Assembly (NCBI RefSeq): GCF_000025685.1
Contig: NC_013967.1
Span: 2,190,001 to 2,222,000 of the forward strand
Direction of reading: 5' to 3'
DNA length: 32,000 nt
Source of the DNA: Haloferax volcanii DS2
Lineage (GTDB): Archaea > Halobacteriota > Halobacteria > Halobacteriales > Haloferacaceae
Shown: piece by piece, positions 17,083-27,221 of the stretch
How the letters are laid out: every line of letters starts with the position of its first letter
How positions within the stretch are numbered: the first letter of the stretch is position 1
Notes under the pieces: model-generated
What the model was told of the DNA's origin: nothing
Databases searched by the model: none
Seen by the model: the letters and a program-made list of their open reading frames with translations, nothing else
Position numbers and translations under genes: made by a program

Positions 17083-17742
17083 GTGAGTGCAGACGAGACG
17101 CCGGACCAGTCGGTCCCCGACGAGGTCCACGAGGAACTGATGGCCGCGACCTACCGGGCGCTGTGCGCCCACGGCTACGCGGACCTGACGATGCAACGAA
17201 TCGCAGACGAGGCCGGAAAGAGCAAGTCCCTCCTCCACTACCACTACGGGACGAAACAGGAACTGCTCGTCGCCTTTCTCGACTACCTGTTCGACCGCTT
17301 CGAGGCGCGGGTCGCCGCGACGGAGGGCGACGCCCCCGAGACGCGGCTCCGGGTCCTCCTCGACAAGATGGTCCCGGACGGCGACGACGACGGCGACTAC
17401 GACCGCTTCGGACTGGCCCTCAACGAACTGCGGACGCAGGCCCCCTACGTCGAGACCTACCGCGAGCGGGTCGCCCGCAACGAGGCGGTCATCCGCCGCC
17501 GCCTCGCCGACATCATCCGCGAGGGCGTCGAGAAGGGGGATTTCCGCGAGGTCGACGCCGACCGAACGGCGTCGCTCCTCTTCGCCGCGCTCGACGGCGC
17601 GCGCCTCCAGCGCGTCGCCGTGACCGACCCCTCGGGAACCGAGACGGCGAGTCAGTCCGCCTTCGACGCGCCGACCGAGGTCCGCGCCGCGCTCGACGAG
17701 TTCGTCGTCGAGAACCTCGTTCGCGAGGGAGGTGACGAATGA
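17083..17742 (+). CDS. TetR/AcrR family transcriptional regulator
   Basis: 219 aa with a GTG start. The N-terminal HTH (LTMQRIADEAGKSKSLLHYHYGTKQELL) is the TetR signature. Its stop overlaps the MATE start (ATGA at 17739-17742). Confidence 0.9.
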   Translation: MSADETPDQSVPDEVHEELMAATYRALCAHGYADLTMQRIADEAGKSKSLLHYHYGTKQELLVAFLDYLFDRFEARVAATEGDAPETRLRVLLDKMVPDGDDDGDYDRFGLALNELRTQAPYVETYRERVARNEAVIRRRLADIIREGVEKGDFREVDADRTASLLFAALDGARLQRVAVTDPSGTETASQSAFDAPTEVRAALDEFVVENLVREGGDE

Positions 17743-19223
17743 GCGCGAAGGCCAAGGACGTCAACCTCGTCGATGGCGACCTCGTCAAGCCGATGTTGGT
17801 GCTGTCGCTCCCGCTCGTCTTCTCGCAGATTATGCAGGTCGCGTACAACCTCGCCGACACCTTCTGGGTCGGGCGCGTCGGCACCGAGGCCGTCTCGGCG
17901 CTGTCGTTTTCGTGGCCGCTCGTCTTCCTCATGATTTCGTTCGGCGGCGGGTTCACCGTCGCCGGGACGGTCCTCGTCGCCCAGAACAAGGGCGCGGGCA
18001 ACCACGACGAAGTCGACCACGCCGCCGGCCAGACCCTCGGGTTCGTCATCCTGCTTTCGGCCGGGTTCGCGGTCATCGGCTATCTGTTGACGCCGATACT
18101 GCTCCCGCTCATCGGGACGACGCCCGGCACCGAAGTCCACCAGTTGGCGGTCGAGTACACGCGCACCATCTTCCTCGGCGTCGCGTTCATGTTCGGCTTC
18201 TTCATCTTCCAGGCGCTGCTCCGCGGGTGGGGCGACACCAAGACGCCGATGTACCTGATGGGGCTCGGCGTCGTCATCAACGTCTTTCTCGACCCGTTTC
18301 TCATCCTCGGGTTCAACGCGAACCCGATATTCGGCCTCCTCGGGCTCGAAAGCCTCGGACAGTCGCTGTTCGCCGCGACCGGCTTCACCGGCTTCGGCGT
18401 GCAGGGCGCGGCCATCGCCACGGTGTTCTCCCGCGGCGTCGGCGCGCTCGTCGGCTTCTGGCTCCTGCTGTCGGGCCGGGTCGGCATCAGCCTCTCGCCG
18501 CGCGACCTGATTCCGGAGCGCGAGATGGTCGAGCGCATCGTCCGCATCGGCGCGCCGTCGAGCATCGAACAGTCGACCCGCGCGCTCGGCGTGACCGCCC
18601 TCACGGCGCTCGTCGCCTACGCCGCGGTCAACGCCGGCGGAGCCAGCACCGAGACCGCGGTCGCCGCGTTCGGTATCGGCAACCGCCTCAACTCGCTGGT
18701 GTTCCTGCCGGCAATCGGCCTCGCGCAGGGGACCTCGACGGTCGTCGGCCAGAACCTCGGCGCTGACCAGGCCGAGCGCGCCGAACACGCCGTGTTCTGG
18801 GGCGTCGGCATCATCGTCACCGCGCTGGTGTTCGTCTCCGCCGCCGCCTACCTGTTCGCCGAACCCATCGTCGCGGTGTTCATCCCCGGCGAGCCGGCGG
18901 TCATCGCCATCGGCGTGGACTACCTGCGAATCATCGGCCCGACGTTCCTGTTCCTCGGGGCGTTCAACGTCGTCAACGGCGGGTTCCGCGGCAGCGGCTC
19001 GACCCGGACGGCGATGGTGTTCTCGCTCATCTCGCTGTGGGTGCTTCGCATCCCCGCGGCGTTCGTCCTCGTGGAGTTCTTCTCGATGGGCCCGACCGGC
19101 ATCTGGTACGGCATCGCCTTCTCGAACGTCGGGGTGGCGCTGCTCGCCTTCGCGTGGTTCACCCGCGGCACGTGGAAAAACAGCGTCGTCGACGTCGGCC
19201 CCGCCGTGCCGACCGACGACTAA
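17739..19223 (+). CDS. MATE family efflux transporter
   Basis: 494 aa with 12 TM. The N-terminus PMLVLSLPLVFSQIMQVAYNLADTFWVGRVG is typical of MATE/NorM. It is translationally coupled to the TetR gene. Confidence 0.9.
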   Translation: MSAKAKDVNLVDGDLVKPMLVLSLPLVFSQIMQVAYNLADTFWVGRVGTEAVSALSFSWPLVFLMISFGGGFTVAGTVLVAQNKGAGNHDEVDHAAGQTLGFVILLSAGFAVIGYLLTPILLPLIGTTPGTEVHQLAVEYTRTIFLGVAFMFGFFIFQALLRGWGDTKTPMYLMGLGVVINVFLDPFLILGFNANPIFGLLGLESLGQSLFAATGFTGFGVQGAAIATVFSRGVGALVGFWLLLSGRVGISLSPRDLIPEREMVERIVRIGAPSSIEQSTRALGVTALTALVAYAAVNAGGASTETAVAAFGIGNRLNSLVFLPAIGLAQGTSTVVGQNLGADQAERAEHAVFWGVGIIVTALVFVSAAAYLFAEPIVAVFIPGEPAVIAIGVDYLRIIGPTFLFLGAFNVVNGGFRGSGSTRTAMVFSLISLWVLRIPAAFVLVEFFSMGPTGIWYGIAFSNVGVALLAFAWFTRGTWKNSVVDVGPAVPTDD

Positions 19224-19250
19224 GCGAGAAACGACTCCGCGCGGTCCCTT

Positions 19251-19853
19251 TTAAGCGGTCCTCTCGTCGGTGCGGTCGACGTCCTGCATCCCCGGCGCGG
19301 CCGACACGTCCACGTCCTCGGGTTCGTCGGCCCCGCCGACTCCGACCTCGCCCGAGTCGTCTTCGACGTACACGTCGTCGGCGAAGCCGCCCTCAGCGTG
19401 GGGGTGGTCGGGGTCGTCGAGTTTGTCCAGCGTCGCGGGCGCGTCGGGGATATCGATGGTGCGGAACTCGCCGAGCGGCTCCGCGATGTCGATGCCGTGG
19501 CGCTCGAAGAACTCCTCGTAGCGCTCGTAGTGGGCCTCGATTTCGTCGACCGGAATCTCCATCATCTCGGTCCAGCCGTGGTTGTAGAAGTCGAAGTTGG
19601 CCTGGACGTGGGTTATCTCGCGGGCCTCGGCCTCGGGGAAGCCGGCGTCGAGCGCCGCGAGGTAGGTGTCGAAGGTGCACTCGAAGAACGCCGCCATATG
19701 GTCCTCGCGCTCGCCTCGGCGGTCGGGGTCCGCGCGCTCGCTGAAGATGCGAACGTGGAGGTCCACCATCTTCTCGGTGGCGATGTCGCCGATGACCGGC
19801 ATGGTGAGCGCCTTTTTCGTCGCGAAGTGGCGGATGTTCTGGCGAATCTTCAT
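19251..19853 (-). CDS. Conserved hypothetical protein with acidic C-terminal tail
   Basis: Start set at the internal ATG (19853; MKIRQNIRHFATKKALTMPVIGD...) of track ORF 19251..19892. Acidic haloarchaeal composition. No family recognised with certainty. Confidence 0.6.
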   Translation of the reverse strand: MKIRQNIRHFATKKALTMPVIGDIATEKMVDLHVRIFSERADPDRRGEREDHMAAFFECTFDTYLAALDAGFPEAEAREITHVQANFDFYNHGWTEMMEIPVDEIEAHYERYEEFFERHGIDIAEPLGEFRTIDIPDAPATLDKLDDPDHPHAEGGFADDVYVEDDSGEVGVGGADEPEDVDVSAAPGMQDVDRTDERTA

Positions 19854-20015
19854 TTCGTCGTCCGCTTCGGGTCGAATACACGTAAAGACCACGTCTCCGG
19901 GGACGACGACGCGCGTTCGCCCCGAGCGAGACGGACCGACCCCGTCGCGGCCCGCGAAGTTCCCGAACGAGATTTGACGAGGTGATTTAATGCGACTCGC
20001 CCGAATGAGGGGGGT

Positions 20016-20924
20016 ATGAGCGACTCCGCATCCGTCCGCGAGGACTCGGTCCTCGACTGCGACGACTGCATCTCGCCGGCCGAAGCGTTCGGCATCGTCG
20101 CCGACGAGACTCGACTCACCATCCTCGAAGCGCTCTGGGAGTCACCCGACCGCCCCATCCCCTTCTCCGAGCTCCGCCGACGGGTCGGCGTCGACGACAG
20201 CGCGCGGTTCAACTACCACCTCGGAAAGCTCCGCGGCCAGTTCGTCCGCAAGACCGACGAGGGCTACGACTTCCGCCACGCCGGCGAGAAGGTCGTCCGC
20301 GCCGTGCTCGCGGGGACGTTCAACGAGGACCCCGTCCTCTCCGCCTTTCCGGCCCCCGGCTCCTGTGTCGCCTGCGGCGGCTCGCTCGAAGCCGACTACG
20401 GCGACGAGAAACTCACCATCTCCTGTGCCGACTGCGCTCGGGTCCACGCCCACGAGGAGTTCCCGCCCGGCGGTCTCGAAGGCCGCTCGTCGGAGGCGCT
20501 CCTGTCGGCGTTCGACCAGCGCGTGCGACACCTCCACTGCCTCGCCGCCGACGGCGTCTGCCCCGAATGCGGCGGGACGACGAGCACCGCGCTGTCCCGC
20601 GACGCCGACCCGTTCGACCTCGAGGTAGTCGTCACTCACCGCTGCGCCCAGTGCGCTTACGAGGCCGTCTCGCCCGTGGGGCTGGTGCTCCTCGACGAGT
20701 CGACGGTCCTCGGCTTCCTCTCCTCGCGGGGCAGAGACGTGTGCGGGACGCCGTTCTGGCGGTTCCCGTGGGTCGTCGGAGACGAGGCGCTCACCGTCGT
20801 CTCCGAGGAGCCGTGGCGCATCCGCGTCCGCATCGACGCGGACGACGAACATCTCGTCGTCGAACTCGACGGCGACCTGTCGGTCGTCGACTCCGCGGTC
20901 GAACCCGCCGAGCGAGTCGCGTAA
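20016..20924 (+). CDS. ArsR-like winged-helix regulator with two C4 zinc-ribbon-like motifs
   Basis: 302 aa. The wHTH segment is FGIVADETRLTILEALWE...PFSELRRRVGVDDSARFNYHLGKL. Cys pairs are CVAC...CADC and CPEC...CAQC. A TATA-like atttaa lies 26-31 nt upstream. Confidence 0.75.
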   Translation: MSDSASVREDSVLDCDDCISPAEAFGIVADETRLTILEALWESPDRPIPFSELRRRVGVDDSARFNYHLGKLRGQFVRKTDEGYDFRHAGEKVVRAVLAGTFNEDPVLSAFPAPGSCVACGGSLEADYGDEKLTISCADCARVHAHEEFPPGGLEGRSSEALLSAFDQRVRHLHCLAADGVCPECGGTTSTALSRDADPFDLEVVVTHRCAQCAYEAVSPVGLVLLDESTVLGFLSSRGRDVCGTPFWRFPWVVGDEALTVVSEEPWRIRVRIDADDEHLVVELDGDLSVVDSAVEPAERVA

Positions 20925-21215
20925 GCGCGCTTACAAAAATGCGGTTCAGGATAGGTTTTTGCTATCGGCGGTCGTCGCTCAGTCTACGGAACGCAACCCT
21001 CTCCGGTGGGTTCGCCCGCGGTGCCGGCGCGGAACCGGTTTCCGTCCGACCGGCCCGCGACCGCAGACGGCGGCCTCGGCGAGCGGTTGGCTCATCGAGA
21101 CGCAGTAACACCCGCGATTCGGCTCCCGTCTCGCCATCTCGCCCCGAGTTCCGCCTGCAAAACAATCATGAGGGAGATAGCAATCCACATTAACCCCGAA
21201 TACAAACGTCGGGTC

Positions 21216-22457
21216 ATGAGCCAATCGTACGTGATCGTCGGCGACGGTATCGCCGGGGCCTCAGCGGCTGAGACACTCCGCGAAGAGGAACCCGACGCCG
21301 ACATCACCATCATCACGGACGAGGGCGAACCGCTGTACAACCGCATTCTCATCAAGGAATTCGCCAAGGGCAAACTGCCCGAGGCCCCCATCTCCATCCA
21401 CGACGAGTCGTGGTACGACGACCGCGACGTGGACCTCGAACTCGACACGCTCGTCACGGACATCGACCCCGAGGGCCACACCGTCACCGCCCACGACGGC
21501 ACCGAGTACGACTACGACAAACTCCTCCTCGCCGTCGGCGGCACGCCGACCCAACTCCCCGTCGAGAACTCCGACGCGGAGGGCATCCACCACTTCTGGA
21601 CGTTCCAGGACGCCCGCGACATCAAAGAGCACATCGAGGGCGCGGACAACTCCGTCGTCATCGGCGCGGGCCTGCTCGGCATCGACCTCGCGGCCATCAC
21701 CGCCGCCCAAGAGGTCGAGGGCAAGTACCTCATGCGCGGCAAGGCGTGGTGGCGCTACGCGCTCTCCGAGGAAGGCGCGGAAATCATCCACGAGGCGCTC
21801 CGCGAGCGCAACGTCGAACCCGTCTTCGACTCCGGCGTCGACCACTTCGAGGTCGACGACGACGACCGCGTCACGACCGCCGTCGACCCCAACGGCGACC
21901 GCTACGACGCCGACTTCGTCGGCATCGCCATCGGCCTGAACTTCAACACGGAGATTCTCGGCGGCACCGACATCGAGTACGACAACGGCATCTACACGGA
22001 CGAGTTCATGCGGACGAACCACGATGACATCTTCGCGGCCGGTGACATCACCGAGTTCCACGACCTCATCCTCGGCGACCGCGCCCAGAACGGCGCGTGG
22101 GGCTCCGCCAAAGAGCAGGGCACCATCGCGGCCAAGAACATGGTCGACTACGGCTCCGAGGAGTTCCGCTGGGTCTCGTCGTACTCCATCACCCACTTCG
22201 ACTTCCCGTTCCTCTCGTTCGGCCACCCGACGCTCGGCGACGACCACGTCGAGGCCAAGTACTCCGACACCGAGTGGCGGCGTCTCGCCATCAAGGACGG
22301 CAAAATCGTCGGCGGCGTCCTCATCGGCGACCTCTCGCCGCAGACGAAGTACAAGAAGCTCATGCGCGAGCAGGTCGACGTCAGCGGGCAGAAGGAAATC
22401 CTCGTGAAGCAGGACTTCCAGCTCGACGACCTCGAAGGCGCGGCGGCCGAACAGTAA
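21216..22457 (+). CDS. FAD-dependent pyridine nucleotide-disulfide oxidoreductase family protein
   Basis: Start set at ATG 21216 (MSQSYVIVGDGIAGASAA...); an alternative ATG lies at 21168. There are two Rossmann motifs (VIVGDGIAGASAA; VVIGAGLLGIDLA) and an AAGD motif. A TATA-like acattaac lies about 25 nt upstream of 21216. Confidence 0.85.
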   Translation: MSQSYVIVGDGIAGASAAETLREEEPDADITIITDEGEPLYNRILIKEFAKGKLPEAPISIHDESWYDDRDVDLELDTLVTDIDPEGHTVTAHDGTEYDYDKLLLAVGGTPTQLPVENSDAEGIHHFWTFQDARDIKEHIEGADNSVVIGAGLLGIDLAAITAAQEVEGKYLMRGKAWWRYALSEEGAEIIHEALRERNVEPVFDSGVDHFEVDDDDRVTTAVDPNGDRYDADFVGIAIGLNFNTEILGGTDIEYDNGIYTDEFMRTNHDDIFAAGDITEFHDLILGDRAQNGAWGSAKEQGTIAAKNMVDYGSEEFRWVSSYSITHFDFPFLSFGHPTLGDDHVEAKYSDTEWRRLAIKDGKIVGGVLIGDLSPQTKYKKLMREQVDVSGQKEILVKQDFQLDDLEGAAAEQ

Positions 22458-22656
22458 CTCGGGACCCGCTCCCGCTGTTTTCACCCGGCCAGCCGCGTCT
22501 GCGCGCGGCCGCCCGGCGCGGCTTCGGCCCGCCGGGCGCTCGCCTGCGTTCGCGGTTCGCCCCCTCGTTCTTGGCTCTCTTTCGCCCGTCGTTACGCGCC
22601 CCGCCAGTCGTCTCGCCGGCCAAACATTTATCTCCACCCATGGTGTGTGTTACCAT

Positions 22657-22896
22657 ATGTCATCAAAAGACGGACAGTCGCCGTCTTCCCCAGCAGTCAC
22701 CGCGCCGCCGACCGTCGCACCCGTTACCGACGTGCCGCCGGGCGCTCGGGTCCATCACTTCGACGAGTTGAGCGAGCGGACCCAGCACGCGCTCGCGAGC
22801 GCCAGTCCCGCCGGCCGGCTCGACATCGACACGACCACCTCGCGGCTCTCGCGGGGCGACATCGTGGTGTTCACCGACTACGTCCGCGTTCAGTAA
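22657..22896 (+). CDS. Small hypothetical protein
   Basis: 79 aa from ATG 22657 within track ORF 22645..22896. A TATA-like acatttat ends 26 nt upstream. A GC hairpin (CCGCCG-agc-CGGCGG, 22945-22959) and a T4 run follow downstream. No family recognised. Confidence 0.5.
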   Translation: MSSKDGQSPSSPAVTAPPTVAPVTDVPPGARVHHFDELSERTQHALASASPAGRLDIDTTTSRLSRGDIVVFTDYVRVQ

Positions 22897-23022
22897 TCTC
22901 GCTGCGCCCGTCCCGTCGCTCGCGTTCTCCGCCCGTCCCGGTCGCCGCCGAGCCGGCGGTCCCCCGCTCGCGGACGGCCGGGACCGAAGTCGTTTTCCAC
23001 GCGTCGCCGCCTATCGCCGGGT

Positions 23023-23445
23023 ATGGCAACAGGTGGCGGCCAAGGAACGATGACGCTCGCGTTCGAACTCTCCGCGCTCAAACAGCTCGGCGACCCGAAC
23101 GCGGCGTTTTCGGACGCGCGAACGTGGACGAAGTACATCGGCGTGGTGAGCGAGAAGCCGACCTACGTCGTGACGAACTTCACCCGGAAAGAGCGCATCC
23201 GGCAGGACTTCTTCTCCGGACCGCGCGGCGTCGAGGAGAGCCTCGAAAACGTGATGCGCCAGTTCGACACCGACCGGCACGTCTTCATCGGCACGTCCGA
23301 CGAGGACCGCGCGGTGGCCGAAGAAACCGGCTGGGAGTACCTCCCGGTCGAGGACGCCGCCGAGGCCGCCGAGTGGGTGCTCGCCGGCGACGACGACGCC
23401 CCCGCCGACCCCTTCGAGGCCGAGGGGCGCGACGACTGGCCCTAG
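23023..23445 (+). CDS. Conserved hypothetical acidic protein
   Basis: 140-aa ORF with haloarchaeal acidic composition. An alternative start at M10 (23050) is possible. No family recognised. Confidence 0.6.
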   Translation: MATGGGQGTMTLAFELSALKQLGDPNAAFSDARTWTKYIGVVSEKPTYVVTNFTRKERIRQDFFSGPRGVEESLENVMRQFDTDRHVFIGTSDEDRAVAEETGWEYLPVEDAAEAAEWVLAGDDDAPADPFEAEGRDDWP

Positions 23446-23526
23446 TCGGAACACAGCGGCGCGTTCGCCCGCGATTCCGTTCCCCTATCGAAAGCACTAA
23501 TCAGCAACGGCACTTTTTACTCCTCG

Positions 23527-24453
23527 ATGAGTCACCAGTTGCCTGACGTACAGGCCTCCCAGCCGGACGTGACCGTCGGGCTGAGCCAGGTCGGCGTCAC
23601 GGGCGTCGAGAAGCTCGTCAAGATCGCCCGCGACGGGAAGCGACCCCTCGTCTTGATGGCGGAGTTCGAAGTGTTCGTCGACCTCCCCGGCGGCCGCAAG
23701 GGCATCGACATGAGCCGAAATATGCAGGTCATCGACGAGGTCCTCGAAGCCGCCGTCTCCGAGCCGGCCTACCGCGTCGAGGACATGTGCGGCGACGCCG
23801 CCGAGCGCCTCCTCGCCAAACACGAGTACACGACGACCGCCGAGGTCAGCATGACCGCCGAACTCGTCGTCCGAGAGGACACCCCCGCAAGCGGCCTCTC
23901 CACCCAGAGCACCGCCGAAATCATCGCCAGCGCCACCGCGACCGACGAGGGCACTCGCGAGGAAATCGGCGCGGAAGTTGTCGGCATGACCGTCTGTCCC
24001 TGCTCGCAGGGCATGTCGGCCTCCCGCGCCCGCGACGTGTTGCAGGACCTCGCCGTCGACGACGACACCATCGAGGAGTTCCTCGACAAGGTCCCCCAGC
24101 CGGGTCACTCCCAGCGCGGCCACGCCACGCTCACCGTCGAGACGCAAGGCTCGCCGGAGGTCGACCTTATGGACCTCATCGACATCGCCCGCGACTCGAT
24201 GTCGGCGCGCATCTACAACCTCGCCAAACGCCCCGACGAGGACCACATGACCTACCACGCCCACGCCAACGCGAAGTTCGTCGAGGACTGCGTCCGCTCG
24301 ATGGCCGAGCTGTCCCTCGAGGCGCTCGACCACCTCGGGGACGACGCGGTGGTCCACATGAAACAGTCGAACGACGAGTCGATTCACCAGCACAACGCCC
24401 ACGCCGAGCGCGAGGTGACGCTGGGACAGCTCCGCGACGAACTCGACGCCTGA
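23527..24453 (+). CDS. mptA: GTP cyclohydrolase MptA (FolE2/GTP cyclohydrolase IV family)
   Basis: 308 aa. The motifs [19 protein letters not shown] and [11 protein letters not shown] correspond to the FolE2/MptA family. A T5 run (24477-24481) follows the stop. Confidence 0.85.
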   Translation: MSHQLPDVQASQPDVTVGLSQVGVTGVEKLVKIARDGKRPLVLMAEFEVFVDLPGGRKGIDMSRNMQVIDEVLEAAVSEPAYRVEDMCGDAAERLLAKHEYTTTAEVSMTAELVVREDTPASGLSTQSTAEIIASATATDEGTREEIGAEVVGMTVCPCSQGMSASRARDVLQDLAVDDDTIEEFLDKVPQPGHSQRGHATLTVETQGSPEVDLMDLIDIARDSMSARIYNLAKRPDEDHMTYHAHANAKFVEDCVRSMAELSLEALDHLGDDAVVHMKQSNDESIHQHNAHAEREVTLGQLRDELDA

Positions 24454-24513
24454 ACGCCCTCGACGCCCGAGACGCTCGTTTTTCGAACCTCGATTCTGTA
24501 CCGCCGCGAACCG

Positions 24514-25317
24514 CTACAACGGGAGCGGTGCCGCTTCCTCCCAGCGCGGGTCGAACGTCGCTCGGAGGTCGGCGGCGAACTCGGGGTCTTTCAGGTCTAT
24601 CATGGCGAACGCCTGTCCGGGGTTGAGGGGGTTCGGCACCTCGATACAGACCTCCACGTCGTCGATGAGGTTGAACACGCCCGTGACGTTCTCCGCGGTG
24701 CGCGCGCGGAAGTTCGACCTGCTCGACAGCCGGTCCATGTAGCTCTGGCCGACGCTCTCGGGCAGGCTGTCGACGAGCCCCGGCGACATGAGCATCGACA
24801 CGTCGACCCCGCGGTCGAGCGCCGCCTCCAGTTCGTCCACGACGAGGTCGCCGACGGCGTCGAGGTCGAACTGCGGCGAGGGCGTCCCGGCGACCATCAC
24901 GAGCGAGTCGTCGGCCGCCGCGAGTCGCTCCACGAGCAGGTCGATGGTCTCGTCAGCGCCGACCGCGGCCGTCCAGAACTGGTCGTGAACCGGCTCGGCG
25001 GCGTCGAGTTCGTCGGTCAGCTCGGCGACGACGTTCTCGTACTGCTCGGCCTTCTCGGCCAGCTCTTGGCGCTTCGATTCGAGCAGGCGGTCGAGCGCCG
25101 TGTCGGGCTCGACGGCGACGTACTTCTTCGGCCGACTGGCCGCCTGACTCCGGCTGAGGTGGTACTGTTCGAGGCTGTTCAGCACGTCGTAGACGCGGCC
25201 CATCGGCACGTCGCTGGCGCGGGATAACTCCTTGGCCGTCGTCGCGCCCGTCCGCAGGAGGGCGCGATAGGCTCGGGCCTCGTACTCGGACAGCCCGAGG
25301 TCTCGCAAACTGGTCAT
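24514..25317 (-). CDS. TrmB family transcriptional regulator
   Basis: Start set at the internal ATG (25317; MTSLRDLGLSEYEARAYRALLRTGATTAKELSRASDVPMGRVYDVLNSLE), which is the canonical TrmB N-terminal wHTH. Confidence 0.85.
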   Translation of the reverse strand: MTSLRDLGLSEYEARAYRALLRTGATTAKELSRASDVPMGRVYDVLNSLEQYHLSRSQAASRPKKYVAVEPDTALDRLLESKRQELAEKAEQYENVVAELTDELDAAEPVHDQFWTAAVGADETIDLLVERLAAADDSLVMVAGTPSPQFDLDAVGDLVVDELEAALDRGVDVSMLMSPGLVDSLPESVGQSYMDRLSSRSNFRARTAENVTGVFNLIDDVEVCIEVPNPLNPGQAFAMIDLKDPEFAADLRATFDPRWEEAAPLPL

Positions 25318-25391
25318 GCACCGTCCGTCTCGTTTCTCCCTGATAAACAAACCGGATGTTTACACCCGTCTGCGGTTGCCGCGGGTCGCGG

Positions 25392-27050
25392 TTAGGCGTC
25401 GGGTGTCACCGTGGAGACCGCCTCCATCAACTCCTCGGGAGTGGTTGCCTCCACCGCCGTCTCGCCGGCGCTGACGCGCGCGGTCCCCGCCGGGAGACCG
25501 TCGGCATCGGCATCCGGAACCACGAGCGCCTCGTGGTCCGCGACGCGGAGCGCCGCCCGGTGGAGGTCGGAGCCGACGCCGTCGTTGAGTTCGACCACGA
25601 GCGGGTCGCGGAGCAGCCGCGCCGCCGCGGTTCCGTAGGCGGCGACCTGCACGCCGATGCGGTCCCACGCGCCAGCGAACGCGGCGATGGTCTCCTGTGC
25701 GACCTCGCGGTAGCGCTCGTCGCCGGTGAGCGCCGCGAGGTCGACGAGCGCGTTCGCCATCTCCACGTTCCCGTCGAGCGGGCGCAGCGGCGACGACAGG
25801 AGCGCCTCGCCGCTCGCGGGGCCGTCGAGGAACGAGCCCTCGTCGAACAGTTCGTCGATGGCGGCGTCGGCAACCTCGGCGGCGAAGTCCAGAAGCGGGT
25901 CGCCCGCCACCGTTTCGTCGCCGAGCACCTGCCGGGCGCGGCAGGCCGCGGCGACCACGCGCGCCTGGTCTTCGAGCAGGAGGTCCTCGCCCGCGTCGCC
26001 GCCGGACCGGAAGTGCGTCACGACGCCGTCGTCGACGAGGTCCTCTGCGACCCGCGAGAGCGCGCGCGAACCGAACTCGCGGGCCCGCTCGTCGTCGGTG
26101 AGCCCCGCCAGCACCAACAGCGCGTCCGCGGCGAGGGCGTTGCCGCCGGCGTACACCGTGAGGTCGGTTCGCGGGCCGGGCGCGTTGTCGCGGCCCTCCT
26201 TCCCGAGGAGGTAGTAGTCCGTCCCCGCCGCGGGGCCCATGCTCCCGGCGAAGCCGGTCCCGGTCCACAGCGAGTCGACGAGGAAGTCGGCGGCCCCCGA
26301 CGCGGGGTCGAGGTAGGCGTCCTCGCCGGTGTAGCGGTAGCCGTTGGCGAACGCCCGCAGGAGCGCGGCGTTCGATTCGAGCGTCTTCTCGCGGTTCGGC
26401 TTCGACCACGCGGCGTCGTCGGCGTAGCGGAAGAAGCCGCCCTCGACGGGGTCGTACAGCCCGTCGCGAATCGCGTCGAGGGACCGGAGCGCCCGGCTTC
26501 GGTCGCGCTTCAGCGCGAACTCGACGGTCCGCGGGAGCGGGAACTTCGCGGCGTCGCCCCAGCCGCCGTGGGCCTCGTCGAAGGCGACTTCCAACTGGCC
26601 GGCGAGGTGCGATTCGATCTGCGGCGACACCTCGCCCGCGGGCGGGAGGTCGCCCCTGAGCGCCCGCGGGAGGCGGCCGGCCTCTGCGCCCTTCTTGTCC
26701 CACACCTCGCGCACGCGGTCGATAACCTGCCGCATGCCGTCGGGGCCGATGAACGTCGCGCCCGTGATGGGGTGGCCGTCGGGCGCGAGGAAGACGGTCG
26801 AGGGGAAGCCGCCCATGTTGTACCGCTCGCGGATGCGCGGTTGGCGGTCCACGTTCACCCGAATCGGGACGAAGCCGTCGTTGAGGTTCGCCGCGATGCG
26901 CGGTTCGGCGTACGTCTCGGCGTCCATCTCGTGACAGTCCTCGCACCACGTCGCCGACAGCGAAAGCAAGATTGGTTTGTCCGCCGCTCGCGCCTCGGCG
27001 AACGCGTCGGGACCCCACTCTCGCCATTCGACGCGCGTCTCGTCGGTCAT
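25392..27050 (-). CDS. Thioredoxin-domain protein, DUF255/YyaL-like
   Basis: Start set at the internal ATG (27050; MTDETRVEWREWGPDAF...) of track ORF 25392..27926. It has a thioredoxin-like N-terminus with SATWCEDCHEM, then a long alpha-helical (six-hairpin-like) region, as in DUF255 proteins. Confidence 0.8.
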   Translation of the reverse strand: MTDETRVEWREWGPDAFAEARAADKPILLSLSATWCEDCHEMDAETYAEPRIAANLNDGFVPIRVNVDRQPRIRERYNMGGFPSTVFLAPDGHPITGATFIGPDGMRQVIDRVREVWDKKGAEAGRLPRALRGDLPPAGEVSPQIESHLAGQLEVAFDEAHGGWGDAAKFPLPRTVEFALKRDRSRALRSLDAIRDGLYDPVEGGFFRYADDAAWSKPNREKTLESNAALLRAFANGYRYTGEDAYLDPASGAADFLVDSLWTGTGFAGSMGPAAGTDYYLLGKEGRDNAPGPRTDLTVYAGGNALAADALLVLAGLTDDERAREFGSRALSRVAEDLVDDGVVTHFRSGGDAGEDLLLEDQARVVAAACRARQVLGDETVAGDPLLDFAAEVADAAIDELFDEGSFLDGPASGEALLSSPLRPLDGNVEMANALVDLAALTGDERYREVAQETIAAFAGAWDRIGVQVAAYGTAAARLLRDPLVVELNDGVGSDLHRAALRVADHEALVVPDADADGLPAGTARVSAGETAVEATTPEELMEAVSTVTPDA

Positions 27051-27221
27051 GTCCACCCATCCGCGGTGGACGCGGGTAAGCGCTTCGAGCCCTCGTGGCA
27101 CGACCGGTCGCCGTCGGCGGGTCGCGCGAACCCCTCGACGACCGTCGCGGACCGATTCGAGAACCCGGCGCGCCGCGGGCGGGACAAAAGGGCTATGGGC
27201 CGCGGTCCGGTAGTGTCGCCC

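Noticed and set aside
20925-21215. A 290-bp GC-rich intergenic region upstream of the oxidoreductase, considered as a structured ncRNA (SRP RNA or RNase P RNA-like) or as small ORFs (for example 20979..21224 -).
   Set aside because: I could not find the conserved SRP helix-8 or RNase P motifs. The small ORFs are basic and Cys-rich, like off-frame noise. It may simply be a terminator (T5 at about 20957-20963) plus a promoter region.
25356-27221. N-terminal about 620 codons of the 816-aa ORF 25356..27806.
   Set aside because: This part is antisense to the DUF255/thioredoxin-domain gene and has no recognisable domains. Only the last 194 codons (from ATG 27222) encode the FxsA-like protein.
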